Of a stretch of DNA of 64,000 nt, positions 30,001 through 45,130 are shown one piece after another. Made by a program: the position numbers and the translations under genes. This DNA comes from the human T2T-CHM13v2.0 reference genome, Homo sapiens: NCBI RefSeq assembly GCF_009914755.1, contig NC_060933.1, one strand, 5' to 3'. How positions within the stretch are numbered: position 1 is the stretch's first letter; every line of letters starts with the position of its first letter. The notes under the pieces were generated by a model that was not told where the DNA came from, searched no databases, and worked only from the letters and a program-made list of their open reading frames with translations.

Positions 30001-33000
30001 GAATGGAATGGAATGGAGTGGAATGGAATGGAATCAACCCGAGTGCAGGGGAACGGAATGGAATGGAATGCAATGGAATGGAATCATCCGGAATGGAATG
30101 GAATGGAATGGAATGGAATCAAACCGAGTGCAATGCAATGGAGTGGAATGGAATGGAATCAACCCGAGTGCAGGGGAATGGAATGGAATGGAATGCAATG
30201 GAATGGAATCATTGGTAATGGAATGGAAAGGAATGGAATGGAATGGAATGGAATGGAATGGAATGGAATGGAATCAACACGATTGCAATCGAATGGAATG
30301 GAATGGAATTAACCCGAATAGAATGGAATGGAATGGAATGGAACGGAACGGATTGGAATAGAATGGAATTGAACGGAACGGAATGGAATGGAATGGAATG
30401 GAATGGAATGGAATGGAATCAACGTGAGTGCAGGGGAATGGAATGGAATGGAATGCAATGGAATGGAATCTTCCGGAATGGAATGGAATGGAATGGAATG
30501 GAATGAAATGCAATGGATTCAACTCGATTGCAATGGAATGGAATAGAATGGAATGGAATGGAATGGAATGGAATTAATCCGAATTGAATGGAATGGAATG
30601 TAATGGAAAGGAATGGAACGGAATGGAATGGAATGGAATGGTATGGAATGGAATGGAATGGTACGGAATAGAATGGAATGGAACGAATTGTAATGGAATG
30701 GAATTGAATGGAAAGGAATGGAATGGAATCGAATCAACGAGAGTGCAGGGGAATGTAAAGGAACGGAATGCAATGTAAAGGAATCATACGGAATGGAATG
30801 GAATGGAATGGAATGGTATGGAATCAACCCGAGTGCAATGGAATGGAGTGGAATGGAATGGAATGCAATGGAACAACCCGAATGGAATGGAATGTAATGG
30901 AGAGTAAGGGAGTTGAATAGAATCAATCCGAATGTAATGGAATGGAATGCAACGGAATGGAATGGAATGGAATGGAATGGAATGGAATGCAATAGAATGG
31001 AATCAACTTGAGTACAATGGAATGGAATGGAATGGAATGGAATGGAATGGAATAAAATGGAATGATACGGAATAGAATGGAATGGAACGAAATGGAATGG
31101 AATGGAAGGGAATGGAATGGAATCGTTCCGAGTGCAATAGGAGGGAATGTATTCGAGTGGAATGGAAAGGAATGTAATCAACCAGAGTGGAATGGAAGGG
31201 AATGGAATGGAATGGAAACTAATAGAATGGAATCAACCCAAGTGGAATGGAATGGAAAGGACTGGAATGGAATGGAATGGAATGGAATCAACTCGATTGT
31301 AATGGAATGGAATGGAATGGAATGCAATGGAATGGAATCAAACCGAGTGCAGGGGAATGGAATGGAATGGAATGCAATGGAATGGAATCATCCGGAATGG
31401 AATGGAATGGAATGGAATGGAATGGAATGGAATGGAATCAACTCGATTGCAATGGAATGGAATGGAATGGAAAGGAATGGAAGGGAATGCAATGGAATGT
31501 AATCAACACGAGTGCAGGGGAATGGAATGGAATGGAATGCAATGGAATGGAATCATCCGGAATGGAATGGAATGGAATGGAATGGAATGGAATGGAATGG
31601 TATCAACTCGATTGCAATGGAATGGAATGGAATGGAAAGGAATGGAAGGGAATGGAATGGAATGTAATCAACCCGAGTGCAGGGGAATGGAATGGAATGG
31701 AATGCAATGGACTGGAATCATCCGGAATGGAATGGAATGGAATGGAATGCAATCAACCCGATGCAATGGAATGGAGTGGAATGGAATGGAATGGAATGGA
31801 AACATCCCCAATGGAATAGAATGGAATGGAGTGTAAAGGAATTGAATAGAATCAATCCGAATGTAATGGAATGGAATGGAATGAAATGGAATGGAATGGA
31901 ATGGAATGGAATCAACCCGAGTGCAATGGAATGGATTTGAATGGGATGGAATTGAATGGAATGGATTCAACAAGAATGGAATGGAAAGGAATGGAATCAA
32001 CCCGAGTGTAATGGCATGGAATGGAATGGAATGGAATGGAATGGGATGGAATGGAATGGTACGGAATAGAATGGAATGGAATGAAATGGAATGGAATGGA
32101 ATTTAATGGAATGGAATGGAATGAACCTGTGTGCAATGTAATGGAATGTAATGGAATGGAATGGATTCAACTCGAATGGAATCAACATGATTGCAATGGA
32201 ATGGAATGGAATGGAAAGGAATAGAATGGAATCAACCCGAGTGGAATGGAATGGAAAGGACTGGAATGGAGTGGAATGGAATAGAATGGAATTTACCCGA
32301 ATAGAATGGAATGGAATGGAATGGAACGGAATGTAATGGAATGGAATGGAATGGATTCAACCCGAGTGCAGGGGAATGGAATGGAATGGAATGCAATGGA
32401 ATGGAATCATCCGGAATGGAATGGAATTGAATGGAATGGAATGGAATGGAATGTAATCAACTCGATTTCAATGGAATGGAATGGAATAGAATGGAATGGA
32501 ATTAACACGAATAGAACGGAATGGAATTGAATGGAATGGAATGGAACGGAAAGGAATGGAATGGAATGGAATGGAATCAACCCAAGTGCAGGGGAATTGA
32601 ATGGAATGGAATTCAATGGAATGGAATCATCCGGAATGGAATGGAATGGAATGGAATGGAATGGAATGGAATCAACACGAGTGCAATGGAATGGAGAGGA
32701 ATGGAATGGAATGGAATGCAAAGTACCCGAATGGAATGGAATGTAATGGAGTGTAAGGGAATTGTATAGAATCAATCCGAAAGTAATGGAATGGAACGGA
32801 ACGGAATGGAATGCAACGGAATGGAATCAACCCGACTGCAATCGAATTGAATCGAATGGAATGGAATGAAATGGAATGCATTCAACTTGAATGGAATGGA
32901 AAGAGTGGAATCAACACGAGTGGAATGGCATGGAATGGAATGGAATGGATTGAAATCAACCCGAGTACAGGGGAATGGAATGGAATGGAATGCAATGGAA

Positions 33001-34385
33001 TGGAATCATCCGTAATGTAATGGAAAGGAATGGAATGGAATGGAATGGAATGGAATGGAATCAACTCGATTGCAATCGAATGGAATGCAATGGAATTAAC
33101 CCGAATAGAATGGAATGGAATGGAATGGAACGGAACGGAAAGGAACGGAATGGAATGGAATGGAAGGGAATGGAATCGAACGGAACGGAATGGAATGGAA
33201 TGGAATGGAATTGAAAGGAATAAATGTCAGTGCAGGGGAATGGAATGGAATGGAATGCAATGGAATGGAATCTTCCGGAATGGAATGGAATGGAATGGAA
33301 TGGAATGGAATGCAATGGATTCAACTCGATTGCAATGGAATGGAATAGAATGGAATGGAATGGAATGGAATGGAATGGAATTAACCCGAATAGAATGGAA
33401 TGGAATGGAATGGAACGGAACGGAACGGAACGGAACGGAACGGAACGGAATGGAATGGAATGGAATGCAATGGAATTGTATGGAATGGAATGGAATGGTA
33501 CGGAATAGAATGGAATGGAAAGAATTGGAATGGAATGGAATCGAATGGAATGGAATGGAATGGAATGGAATCAACCCGAATGCACGGGAATGGAATGGAA
33601 TGTAATGCAATGGAATGGAATCATCCGTAATAGAATGGAATGGACTCAACCCGAGTGCAGGGGAATGGAATGGAATGTAATGCAATGGAATGGAATCATC
33701 CGTAATGGAATGGAAAGGAATGGAATGGAATGGAATGGAATGGAATGGAATGGAATGGAATCAACTCGATTGCAATCGAATGGAATGGAATGGAATTAAC
33801 CCGAATAGAATGGAATGGAATGGAACGGAACGGAACGGAACGGAATGGAATGGAATGGAATGGAACGGAACGGAACGGAATGGAATGGAATGGAATGGAA
33901 TGGAATGGAATGGAATCAAAGCGAGTGCAGGGGAATGGAATGGAATGGATTGCAATGGAATGGAATCAACCGGAATGGAATGGAATGGAATGGAATGGAA
34001 TGGAATGGAATGGAATGGAATCGTTCCGAGTGGAATAGGAGGGAATGTATTCGAGTGGAATGGAAAGGAATGGAATCAACCAGAGAGGAATGGAAGGGAA
34101 TGGAATGGACTGGAAACTAATAGAATGGAATCAACCCGAGTGGAATGGAATGGAAAGGAATGGAATGGAATGGAATGGAATGGAATGGAATGGAATGGAA
34201 TCAACTCGATTGTAATGGAATGGAATGGAATGGAATGGAATGGAATGGAATGGAATTAACCCGAATTCAATGGAATGGAATGGAATGGAACGGAATGGAG
34301 TGGAATGGAATGCAATCAACCCGAGTGCAGGGGAATGGAACGGAATGGAATGCAATGGAATGGAATCATCCGGAAGGGAATGGAA
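27090..34385 (+). repeat. ~7.28-kb near-identical tandem duplication, copy 1
   Basis: The same string of private variants recurs at offsets of 7288, 7293, 7283 and 7278 (e.g. TTAACCCGAGTGCAAT 27128/34416; ATACCTTCAAACC ~28344/35632; TAAATGTCAG 33221/40499; EcoRI sites 32609/39887 and 34263/41541). The ORF track repeats accordingly (27251/34539, 30519/37797). Breakpoints lie in pure GGAAT runs and are uncertain by about 30 bp. Confidence 0.95.
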
Positions 34386-37300
34386 TGGAATGGAATGGAA
34401 TGGAATGGAATGGAATTAACCCGAGTGCAATGGAATGGAGTGGAATGAAATGGAATGGAATGGAACAACCCGAAAGGAATGGAATGTAATGGAGAGTAAG
34501 GGAGTTGAATAGAATCAATCCGAATGTAATGGAATGGAATGGAAGGGAATGGAATGGAATGGAATGCAATGGAATGGAATGGAATGCAATGGAATGGAAT
34601 CAACCCGAGTGCAATCGAATGGAATCGAATGGAATGGAATACAATGGAATGGATTCAACTTGAATGGAATGGAAAGAATGGAATCAACACGAGTGGAATG
34701 GCATGGATTGGAATGGAATGGAATGGAATCAACCCGAGTACAGGGGAATGGAATGGAATGGAATGCAATGGAATGGAATCATCCGTAATGGAATGGAAAG
34801 GAATGGAATGGAATGGAATGGAATGGAATGGAATGGAATGGAATGAAATCAACTCGATTGCAATCAAATGGAATGGAATGGAATTAACCCGAATAGAATG
34901 GCATGGAATGGAATGGAACGGAACGGAATGGAATGGAATGGAATGGAACGGAACGGAATGGAATGGAATGGAATGGAATGGAATGGAATGGAATCAACGC
35001 GAGTGCAGGGGAATGGAATGGAATGGAATGCAATGGAATGGAATCTTCCGGAATGGAATGGAATGGAATAGAATGGAATGAAATGCAATGGATTCAACTC
35101 GATTGCAATGGAATGGAATAGAATGGAATGGAATGGAATGGAATGGAATGGAATGGAATGGAATTAACCCGAATAGAATGGAATGAAATGGAATGGAACG
35201 GAATGGAACGGAATGGAATGGAATGGAATGCAATGGAATGGTACGGAATGGAATGCAATGGTACGGAATAGAATGAAATGGAACGAATTGTAATGGAATG
35301 GAATTGAATGGAATGGAATGGAATGGAATCAACGCGAGTGCAGGGGAATGTAATGGAACGGAATGCAATGGAATGGAATCATCCGGAATGGAATGGAATG
35401 GAATGGAATGGAATGGAATCAACCCGAGTGCAATTGAATGGAGTGGAATGGAATGGAATGGAATGGAACAACCCGAATGGAATGGAATGTAATGGAGAGT
35501 AAGGGAGTTGAATAGAATCAATCCGAATGTAATGGAATGGAATGCAACGGAATGGAATGGAATGTAATGGAATGGAATGCAATGGAATAGAATCAACCCG
35601 AGTACAAAGGAATGGAATGGAATGGAATGGAATACCTTCAAACCGAATGGAATGGAAAGGAATGGAATCAACACGAGCGGAATGGAATGGAATGGAATGG
35701 AATGGAATGGAATGGAATGATACGGAATAGAATGGAATGGAACAAAATGGAATGAAATGGAATGGAATGGAATGGAATGGAATGGAATGGAATGGAATGG
35801 AATGGAATCGTTCCGAGTGGAATAGGAGGGAATGTATTCGAGTGGAATGGAAAGGAATGGAATCAACCAGAGTGGAATGGAAGGGAATGGAATGGAATGG
35901 AAACTAATAGAATGGAATCAACCCGAGTGGAATGGAATGGAAAGGACAGGAATGGAAAGGAATGGAATGGAATGGAATGGAATGGAATGGAATGGAACGG
36001 AATCAACGCGAGTGCAGGGGAATGGAATAGAATCGAATGGAATGGAATGGAATGGAATGGAATCAACCCGAGTGCAGGGGAATGTAATGGAACGGAATGC
36101 AATGGAATGGAATCATTCGGAATGGAATGGAATGGAATGGAATGGAATCAACCCGAGTGCAATGGAATGGAGTGGAATGGAATGGAATGGAATTGAAAGG
36201 AACAACCCGAATGGAATGGAATGTAATGGAGAGTAAGGGAGTTGAAAAGAATCAATGCGAATGTAATGGAATGGAATGGATCGGAATGGAATGCAATGGA
36301 ATGGAATGGAATGGAATGGAATGGAATCAACCCGAGTACAATGGAATGGAATGCAATGGAATGGAATGGAATGGAATGCAATGGAATGGAATCTTCCGGA
36401 ATTGAATGGAAAGGAATGGAAAGGAATGGAATGCAATGGATTCAACTCGATTGCAATGGAATGGAATAGAATGGAATGGAATGGAATTAAACCGAATAGA
36501 ATGGAATGGAATGGAATGGAACGGAACGGAACGGAATGGAACGGAGTGGAATGGAATGGAATGGAATTGTATGGAATGGAATGGAATGGTACGGAATAGA
36601 ATGGAATGCAAAGAATTGGAATGGAATGGAATGGAATGGAATGGAATGGAATGGAATCAACCAGAGTGCAGGGGAATGTAATGGAACGGAATGCAATGGA
36701 ATGGAATCATCCGGAATGGAATGGAATGCAACGGAATGAAATGGAATGGAATGGAATGGAATGTAATGGAATGGAATCAACCCGAGTACAATGGAATGGA
36801 ATGGAATGGAATGGAATGGAATGGAATGGAATGGAATGGAATGGAATGCCTTCAAACCGAATGGAATGGAAAGGAATGGAATCAACACGAATGGAATGGA
36901 ATGGAATGGAATGGAATGGAATGGAATGGAATGGAATGGAATGATACGGAATAGAATGGAATGGAACGAAATGGAATGGAATGGAATGGAATGGAATGGA
37001 ATGGAATGGAATGGAATGGAATCGTTCCGAGTGGAATAGGAGGGAATGTATTCGAGTGGAATGGAAAGGAATGGAATCAACCAGAGTGCAATGGAAGGGA
37101 ATGGAATGGAATGGAAACTAATAGAATGGAATCAACCCGAGTGGAATGGAATGGAAAGGACTGGAATGGAATGGAATGGAATGGAATGGAATGGAATCCA
37201 CTCGATTGTAATGGAATGGAATGGAATGGAATGGAATGGAATGGAATGGAATTAACCCGAATACAATGGAATGGAATGGAATGGAATGGAATGGAGTGGA

Positions 37301-40300
37301 ATGGAATGGAATCAACCCGAGTGCAGGGGAACGGAATGGAATGGAATGCAATGGAATGGAATCATCCGGAATGGAATGGAATGGAATGGAATGGAATCAA
37401 ACCGAGTGCAATGCAATGGAGTGGAATGGAATGGAATCAACCCGAGTGCAGGGGAATGGAATGGAATGGAATGCAATGGAATGGAATCATTGGTAATGGA
37501 ATGGAAAGGAATGGAATGGAATGGAATGGAATGGAATGGAATGGAATGGAATCAACACGATTGCAATCGAATGGAATGGAATGGAATTAACCCGAATAGA
37601 ATGGAATGGAATGGAATGGAACGGAACGGATTGGAATAGAATGGAATTGAACGGAACGGAATGGAATGGAATGGAATGGAATGGAATGGAATGGAATCAA
37701 CGTGAGTGCAGGGGAATGGAATGGAATGGAATGCAATGGAATGGAATCTTCCGGAATGGAATGGAATGGAATGGAATGGAATGAAATGCAATGGATTCAA
37801 CTCGATTGCAATGGAATGGAATAGAATGGAATGGAATGGAATGGAATGGAATTAATCCGAATTGAATGGAATGGAATGTAATGGAAAGGAATGGAACGGA
37901 ATGGAATGGAATGGAATGGTATGGAATGGAATGGAATGGTACGGAATAGAATGGAATGGAACGAATTGTAATGGAATGGAATTGAATGGAAAGGAATGGA
38001 ATGGAATCGAATCAACGAGAGTGCAGGGGAATGTAAAGGAACGGAATGCAATGTAAAGGAATCATACGGAATGGAATGGAATGGAATGGAATGGTATGGA
38101 ATCAACCCGAGTGCAATGGAATGGAGTGGAATGGAATGGAATGCAATGGAACAACCCGAATGGAATGGAATGTAATGGAGAGTAAGGGAGTTGAATAGAA
38201 TCAATCCGAATGTAATGGAATGGAATGCAACGGAATGGAATGGAATGGAATGGAATGGAATGGAATGCAATAGAATGGAATCAACTTGAGTACAATGGAA
38301 TGGAATGGAATGGAATGGAATGGAATGGAATAAAATGGAATGATACGGAATAGAATGGAATGGAACGAAATGGAATGGAATGGAAGGGAATGGAATGGAA
38401 TCGTTCCGAGTGCAATAGGAGGGAATGTATTCGAGTGGAATGGAAAGGAATGTAATCAACCAGAGTGGAATGGAAGGGAATGGAATGGAATGGAAACTAA
38501 TAGAATGGAATCAACCCAAGTGGAATGGAATGGAAAGGACTGGAATGGAATGGAATGGAATGGAATCAACTCGATTGTAATGGAATGGAATGGAATGGAA
38601 TGCAATGGAATGGAATCAACCCGAGTGCAGGGGAATGGAATGGAATGGAATGCAATGGAATGGAATCATCCGGAATGGAATGGAATGGAATGGAATGGAA
38701 TGGAATGGAATGGAATCAACTCGATTGCAATGGAATGGAATGGAATGGAAAGGAATGGAAGGGAATGCAATGGAATGTAATCAACACGAGTGCAGGGGAA
38801 TGGAATGGAATGGAATGCAATGGAATGGAATCATCCGGAATGGAATGGAATGGAATGGAATGGAATGGAATGGAATGGTATCAACTCGATTGCAATGGAA
38901 TGGAATGGAATGGAAAGGAATGGAAGGGAATGGAATGGAATGTAATCAACCCGAGTGCAGGGGAATGGAATGGAATGGAATGCAATGGACTGGAATCATC
39001 CGGAATGGAATGGAATGGAATGGAATGCAATCAACCCGATGCAATGGAATGGAGTGGAATGGAATGGAATGGAATGGAAACATCCCCAATGGAATAGAAT
39101 GGAATGGAGTGTAAAGGAATTGAATAGAATCAATCCGAATGTAATGGAATGGAATGGAATGAAATGGAATGGAATGGAATGGAATGGAATCAACCCGAGT
39201 GCAATGGAATGGATTTGAATGGGATGGAATTGAATGGAATGGATTCAACAAGAATGGAATGGAAAGGAATGGAATCAACCCGAGTGTAATGGCATGGAAT
39301 GGAATGGAATGGAATGGAATGGGATGGAATGGAATGGTACGGAATAGAATGGAATGGAATGAAATGGAATGGAATGGAATTTAATGGAATGGAATGGAAT
39401 GAACCTGTGTGCAATGTAATGGAATGTAATGGAATGGAATGGATTCAACTCGAATGGAATCAACATGATTGCAATGGAATGGAATGGAATGGAAAGGAAT
39501 AGAATGGAATCAACCCGAGTGGAATGGAATGGAAAGGACTGGAATGGAGTGGAATGGAATAGAATGGAATTTACCCGAATAGAATGGAATGGAATGGAAT
39601 GGAACGGAATGTAATGGAATGGAATGGAATGGATTCAACCCGAGTGCAGGGGAATGGAATGGAATGGAATGCAATGGAATGGAATCATCCGGAATGGAAT
39701 GGAATTGAATGGAATGGAATGGAATGGAATGTAATCAACTCGATTTCAATGGAATGGAATGGAATAGAATGGAATGGAATTAACACGAATAGAACGGAAT
39801 GGAATTGAATGGAATGGAATGGAACGGAAAGGAATGGAATGGAATGGAATGGAATCAACCCAAGTGCAGGGGAATTGAATGGAATGGAATTCAATGGAAT
39901 GGAATCATCCGGAATGGAATGGAATGGAATGGAATGGAATGGAATGGAATCAACACGAGTGCAATGGAATGGAGAGGAATGGAATGGAATGGAATGCAAA
40001 GTACCCGAATGGAATGGAATGTAATGGAGTGTAAGGGAATTGTATAGAATCAATCCGAAAGTAATGGAATGGAACGGAACGGAATGGAATGCAACGGAAT
40101 GGAATCAACCCGACTGCAATCGAATTGAATCGAATGGAATGGAATGAAATGGAATGCATTCAACTTGAATGGAATGGAAAGAGTGGAATCAACACGAGTG
40201 GAATGGCATGGAATGGAATGGAATGGATTGAAATCAACCCGAGTACAGGGGAATGGAATGGAATGGAATGCAATGGAATGGAATCATCCGTAATGTAATG

Positions 40301-41670
40301 GAAAGGAATGGAATGGAATGGAATGGAATGGAATGGAATCAACTCGATTGCAATCGAATGGAATGCAATGGAATTAACCCGAATAGAATGGAATGGAATG
40401 GAATGGAACGGAACGGAAAGGAACGGAATGGAATGGAATGGAAGGGAATGGAATCGAACGGAACGGAATGGAATGGAATGGAATGGAATTGAAAGGAATA
40501 AATGTCAGTGCAGGGGAATGGAATGGAATGGAATGCAATGGAATGGAATCTTCCGGAATGGAATGGAATGGAATGGAATGGAATGGAATGCAATGGATTC
40601 AACTCGATTGCAATGGAATGGAATAGAATGGAATGGAATGGAATGGAATGGAATGGAATTAACCCGAATAGAATGGAATGGAATGGAATGGAACGGAACG
40701 GAACGGAACGGAACGGAACGGAACGGAATGGAATGGAATGGAATGCAATGGAATTGTATGGAATGGAATGGAATGGTACGGAATAGAATGGAATGGAAAG
40801 AATTGGAATGGAATGGAATCGAATGGAATGGAATGGAATGGAATGGAATCAACCCGAATGCACGGGAATGGAATGGAATGTAATGCAATGGAATGGAATC
40901 ATCCGTAATAGAATGGAATGGACTCAACCCGAGTGCAGGGGAATGGAATGGAATGTAATGCAATGGAATGGAATCATCCGTAATGGAATGGAAAGGAATG
41001 GAATGGAATGGAATGGAATGGAATGGAATGGAATGGAATCAACTCGATTGCAATCGAATGGAATGGAATGGAATTAACCCGAATAGAATGGAATGGAATG
41101 GAACGGAACGGAACGGAACGGAATGGAATGGAATGGAATGGAACGGAACGGAACGGAATGGAATGGAATGGAATGGAATGGAATGGAATGGAATCAAAGC
41201 GAGTGCAGGGGAATGGAATGGAATGGATTGCAATGGAATGGAATCAACCGGAATGGAATGGAATGGAATGGAATGGAATGGAATGGAATGGAATGGAATC
41301 GTTCCGAGTGGAATAGGAGGGAATGTATTCGAGTGGAATGGAAAGGAATGGAATCAACCAGAGAGGAATGGAAGGGAATGGAATGGACTGGAAACTAATA
41401 GAATGGAATCAACCCGAGTGGAATGGAATGGAAAGGAATGGAATGGAATGGAATGGAATGGAATGGAATGGAATGGAATCAACTCGATTGTAATGGAATG
41501 GAATGGAATGGAATGGAATGGAATGGAATGGAATTAACCCGAATTCAATGGAATGGAATGGAATGGAACGGAATGGAGTGGAATGGAATGCAATCAACCC
41601 GAGTGCAGGGGAATGGAACGGAATGGAATGCAATGGAATGGAATCATCCGGAAGGGAATGGAATGGAATG
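34386..41670 (+). repeat. ~7.28-kb near-identical tandem duplication, copy 2
   Basis: Same evidence as copy 1. Identity ends just after CATCCGGAAGGG (34367 vs 41645), where copy 2 continues into GCAAAGCAAT instead of TTAACCCGAGT. Confidence 0.95.
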
Positions 41671-42949
41671 GAATGCAAAGCAATGGAATCAACTCGATTG
41701 CAATGGAATGGAATGGAATGGAAAGGAATAGAATAGAATCAACCCGAGTGGAATGGAATTGAAAGGACTGGAATGGAGTGGAATGGAATGGAACAGAATG
41801 GAATGGAATCAACTCGATTGGAATGGAGTGGAATGGAATTTGAATGGAATGGAATGGAATTAACCCGAATAGAATGGAATGGAATGGAATGGAAAGGAAT
41901 GGAATGGAATGGAATGGAATGCAATTAACCCGAATAGAATGGAATGGAATGGAATGGAAAGGAATGCAAGGGAATGGAATGGAATGTAATCAACCCGAGT
42001 GCAGGGGAATGGAATGGAATTGAATGCAATGGAATGGAATCATCTGGAATGGAATGGAATGGAATGGAATGGAATGGAATGGAATGAACCCGATGCAATG
42101 GAATGGAATGGAATGGAATGGAATGGAATGGAAACATCCCGAATGGAATGGAATGTAATGGAGTGTAAGGGAATTGAATAGAATCAGTCCGAATGTAATG
42201 GAATGGAATGTAATGAAATGGAATGGAATGGAATGGAATGGAATCAAACCGAGTGCAATGGAATGGATTCGAATGGAATGGAATGGAATGGAAAGGAATA
42301 GAATGGAATCAACCCGAGTGGAATGGAATGGAAAGGACTGGAATGGACTGGAATGGAATGGAATGGAATGGATTCAAATCGATTGGAATGGAATGGAATG
42401 GAATGGAATGGAATCAACTCGATTGCAATGGAATGGAATGGAATGGAATGGAATGGAATGGAATTAACCCGAATAGAATGGAATGGAATGGAATGGAACG
42501 GAATGTAATGGAATGAAATGGAATGGAATCAACCCGAGTGCAGGGGAATGGAATGGAATGGAATGCAATGGAATGGAATCATCCGGAATGGAATGGAATG
42601 GAATGGAATGGAATGGAATGGAATGGAATGGAATCAACTCGATTGCAATGGAATGGAATGGAATGGAAAGGAATGGAAGGGAATGGAATGGAATGTAATC
42701 AACACGAGTGCAGGGGAATGGAATGGAATGGAATGCAATGGAATGGAATCATCCGGAATGGAATGGAATGGAATGGAATGGAATGGAATGGAATGGAATC
42801 AACTCGATTGCAATGGAATGGAATGGAATGGAAAGGAATGGAAGGGAATGGAATGGAATGTAATCAACCCGAGTGCAGGGGAATGGAATGGAATGGAATG
42901 CAATGGAATGGAATCATCCGGAATGGAATGGAATGGAATGGAATGCAAT

Positions 42950-45130
42950 CAACCCGATGCAATGGAATGCAGTGGAATGGAATGGAATGGAATGGAAACA
43001 TCCCGAATGGAATGGAATGGAATGGAGTGTAAGGGAATTGAATAGAATCAATCCGAATGTAATGGAATGGAATGGAATGAAATGGAATGGAATGGAATGG
43101 AATGGAATCAACCCGAGTGCAATGGAATGGATTTGAATGGAATGGAATGGAATGGAATGGATTCAACAAGAATGGAATGGAAAGGAATGGAATCAACCCT
43201 AGTGTAATGGCATGGAATGGAATGGAATGGAATGGAATGGAATGGGATGGAATGGAATGGTACGGAATAGAATGGAATGGAATGGAATGGAATGGAATGG
43301 AATGGAATGGAATGGAATGAACCCGTGTGCAATATAATGGAATGGAATGGAATGGAATAGATTCAACTCGAATGGAATCAACTCGATTGCAATGGAATGG
43401 AATGGAATGGAAAGGAATAGAATGGAATCAACCCGAGTGGAATGGAATGGAAAGGACTGGAATGGAGTGGAATGGAATGGAATGGAATTAACCCGAATAG
43501 AATGGAATGGAATGGAATGGAACGGAATGTAATGGAATGGAATGGAATGGATTCAACCCGAGTGCAGGGGAATGGAATGGAATGGAATGCAATGAAATGG
43601 AATCATCCGGAATGGAATGGAATGGAATGGAATGGAATGGAATGGAATGGAATCAACTCGATTTCAATGGAATGGAATGGAATAGAATGGAATGGAATTA
43701 ACACGAATAGAATGGAATGGAATTGAATGGAATGGAATGGAACGGAAAGGAATGGAATGGAATGGAATGGAATCAACCCAAGTACAGGGGAATGGAATGG
43801 AATGGAATTCAATGGAATGGAATCATCCGGAATGTAATGGAATGGAATGGAATGGAATGGAATGGAATGGAATGGAATGGAATGGAATCAACCCGACTGC
43901 AGGGGAATGGAATGGAACGGAATGCAATAGAATGGAATCATAAGGAATGGAATGGAATGGAAAGGAATGGAATGGAATGGTATGGAATGGAATGGAATGA
44001 TATGGAATGGAATGGAATGGTACGGAATAGAATGGAATGGAACGCATTGTAATGGAATGGAATAGAATGGAATGGAATGGAATGGAATGGAATCAACGCG
44101 AGTGCAGGGGAATGTAATGGAACGGAATGCAATGGAATGGAATCATCCGGAATGGAATGGAATGGAATGGAATGGAATGGAATGGAATCAACCCGAGTGC
44201 AATGGAATGGAGTGGAATGGAATGGAATGGAATGGAACAACACGAATGGAATGGAATGGAATGGAATGCAATCAACCCGATGCAATGGAATGGAGTGGAA
44301 TGGAATGGAATGGAATGGAAACATCCCGAATGGAATGGAATGGAATGGAGTGTAAAGGAATTGAATAGAATCAATCCGAATGTAATGGAATGGAATGGAA
44401 TGAAATGGAATGGAATGGAATGGAATGGAATCAACCCGAGTGCAATGGAATGGATTCGAATGGAATGGAATGGAATGGAATGGATTCAACAAGAATGGAA
44501 TGGAAAGGAATGGAATCAACCCGAGTGTAATGGCATGGAATGGAATGGAATGGAATGGAATGGGATGGAATGGAATGGTATGGAATAGAATGGAATGGAA
44601 TGAATTGGAATGGAATGGAATGGAATGGAATCGAATGGAATGGAATGAACCCGTGTGCAAAGTAATGGAATGGAATGGAATGGAATGGATTCAACTCGAA
44701 TGGAATCAACTCGATTGCAATGGAATGGAATGGAATGGAAAGGAATAGAATGGAATCAACCCGATTGGAATGGAATGGAAAGGACTGGAATGGAGTGGAA
44801 TGGAATGGAATGGAATTAACCCGAATAGCATGGAATGGAATGGAATGCAACGGAATGTAATGGAATGGAATGGAATGGATTCAACCCGAGTGCAGGGGAA
44901 TGGAATGGAATGGAATGCAATGGAATGGAATCATCCGGAATGGAATGGAATGGAATGGAATGGAATGGAATGGAATCAACTCGATTTCAATGGAATGGAA
45001 TGGAATAGAATGTAATGGAATTAACACGAATAGAATGGAATGGAATTGAATGGAATGGAATGGAACGGAAAGGAATGGAATGGAATGGAATGGAATCAAC
45101 CCAAGTGCATGGAATGGAATGGAATGGAAT
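42950..45130 (+). repeat. Two diverged copies of an ~0.85-kb variant block at ~1.32-kb offset
   Basis: The ordered series AACCCGATGC (42951/44274), AAACATCCCG, ATTCAACAAG, GAACCCGTGTGC, CTCGATTTCAAT, TTAACACGAATAG occurs twice. Confidence 0.82.
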
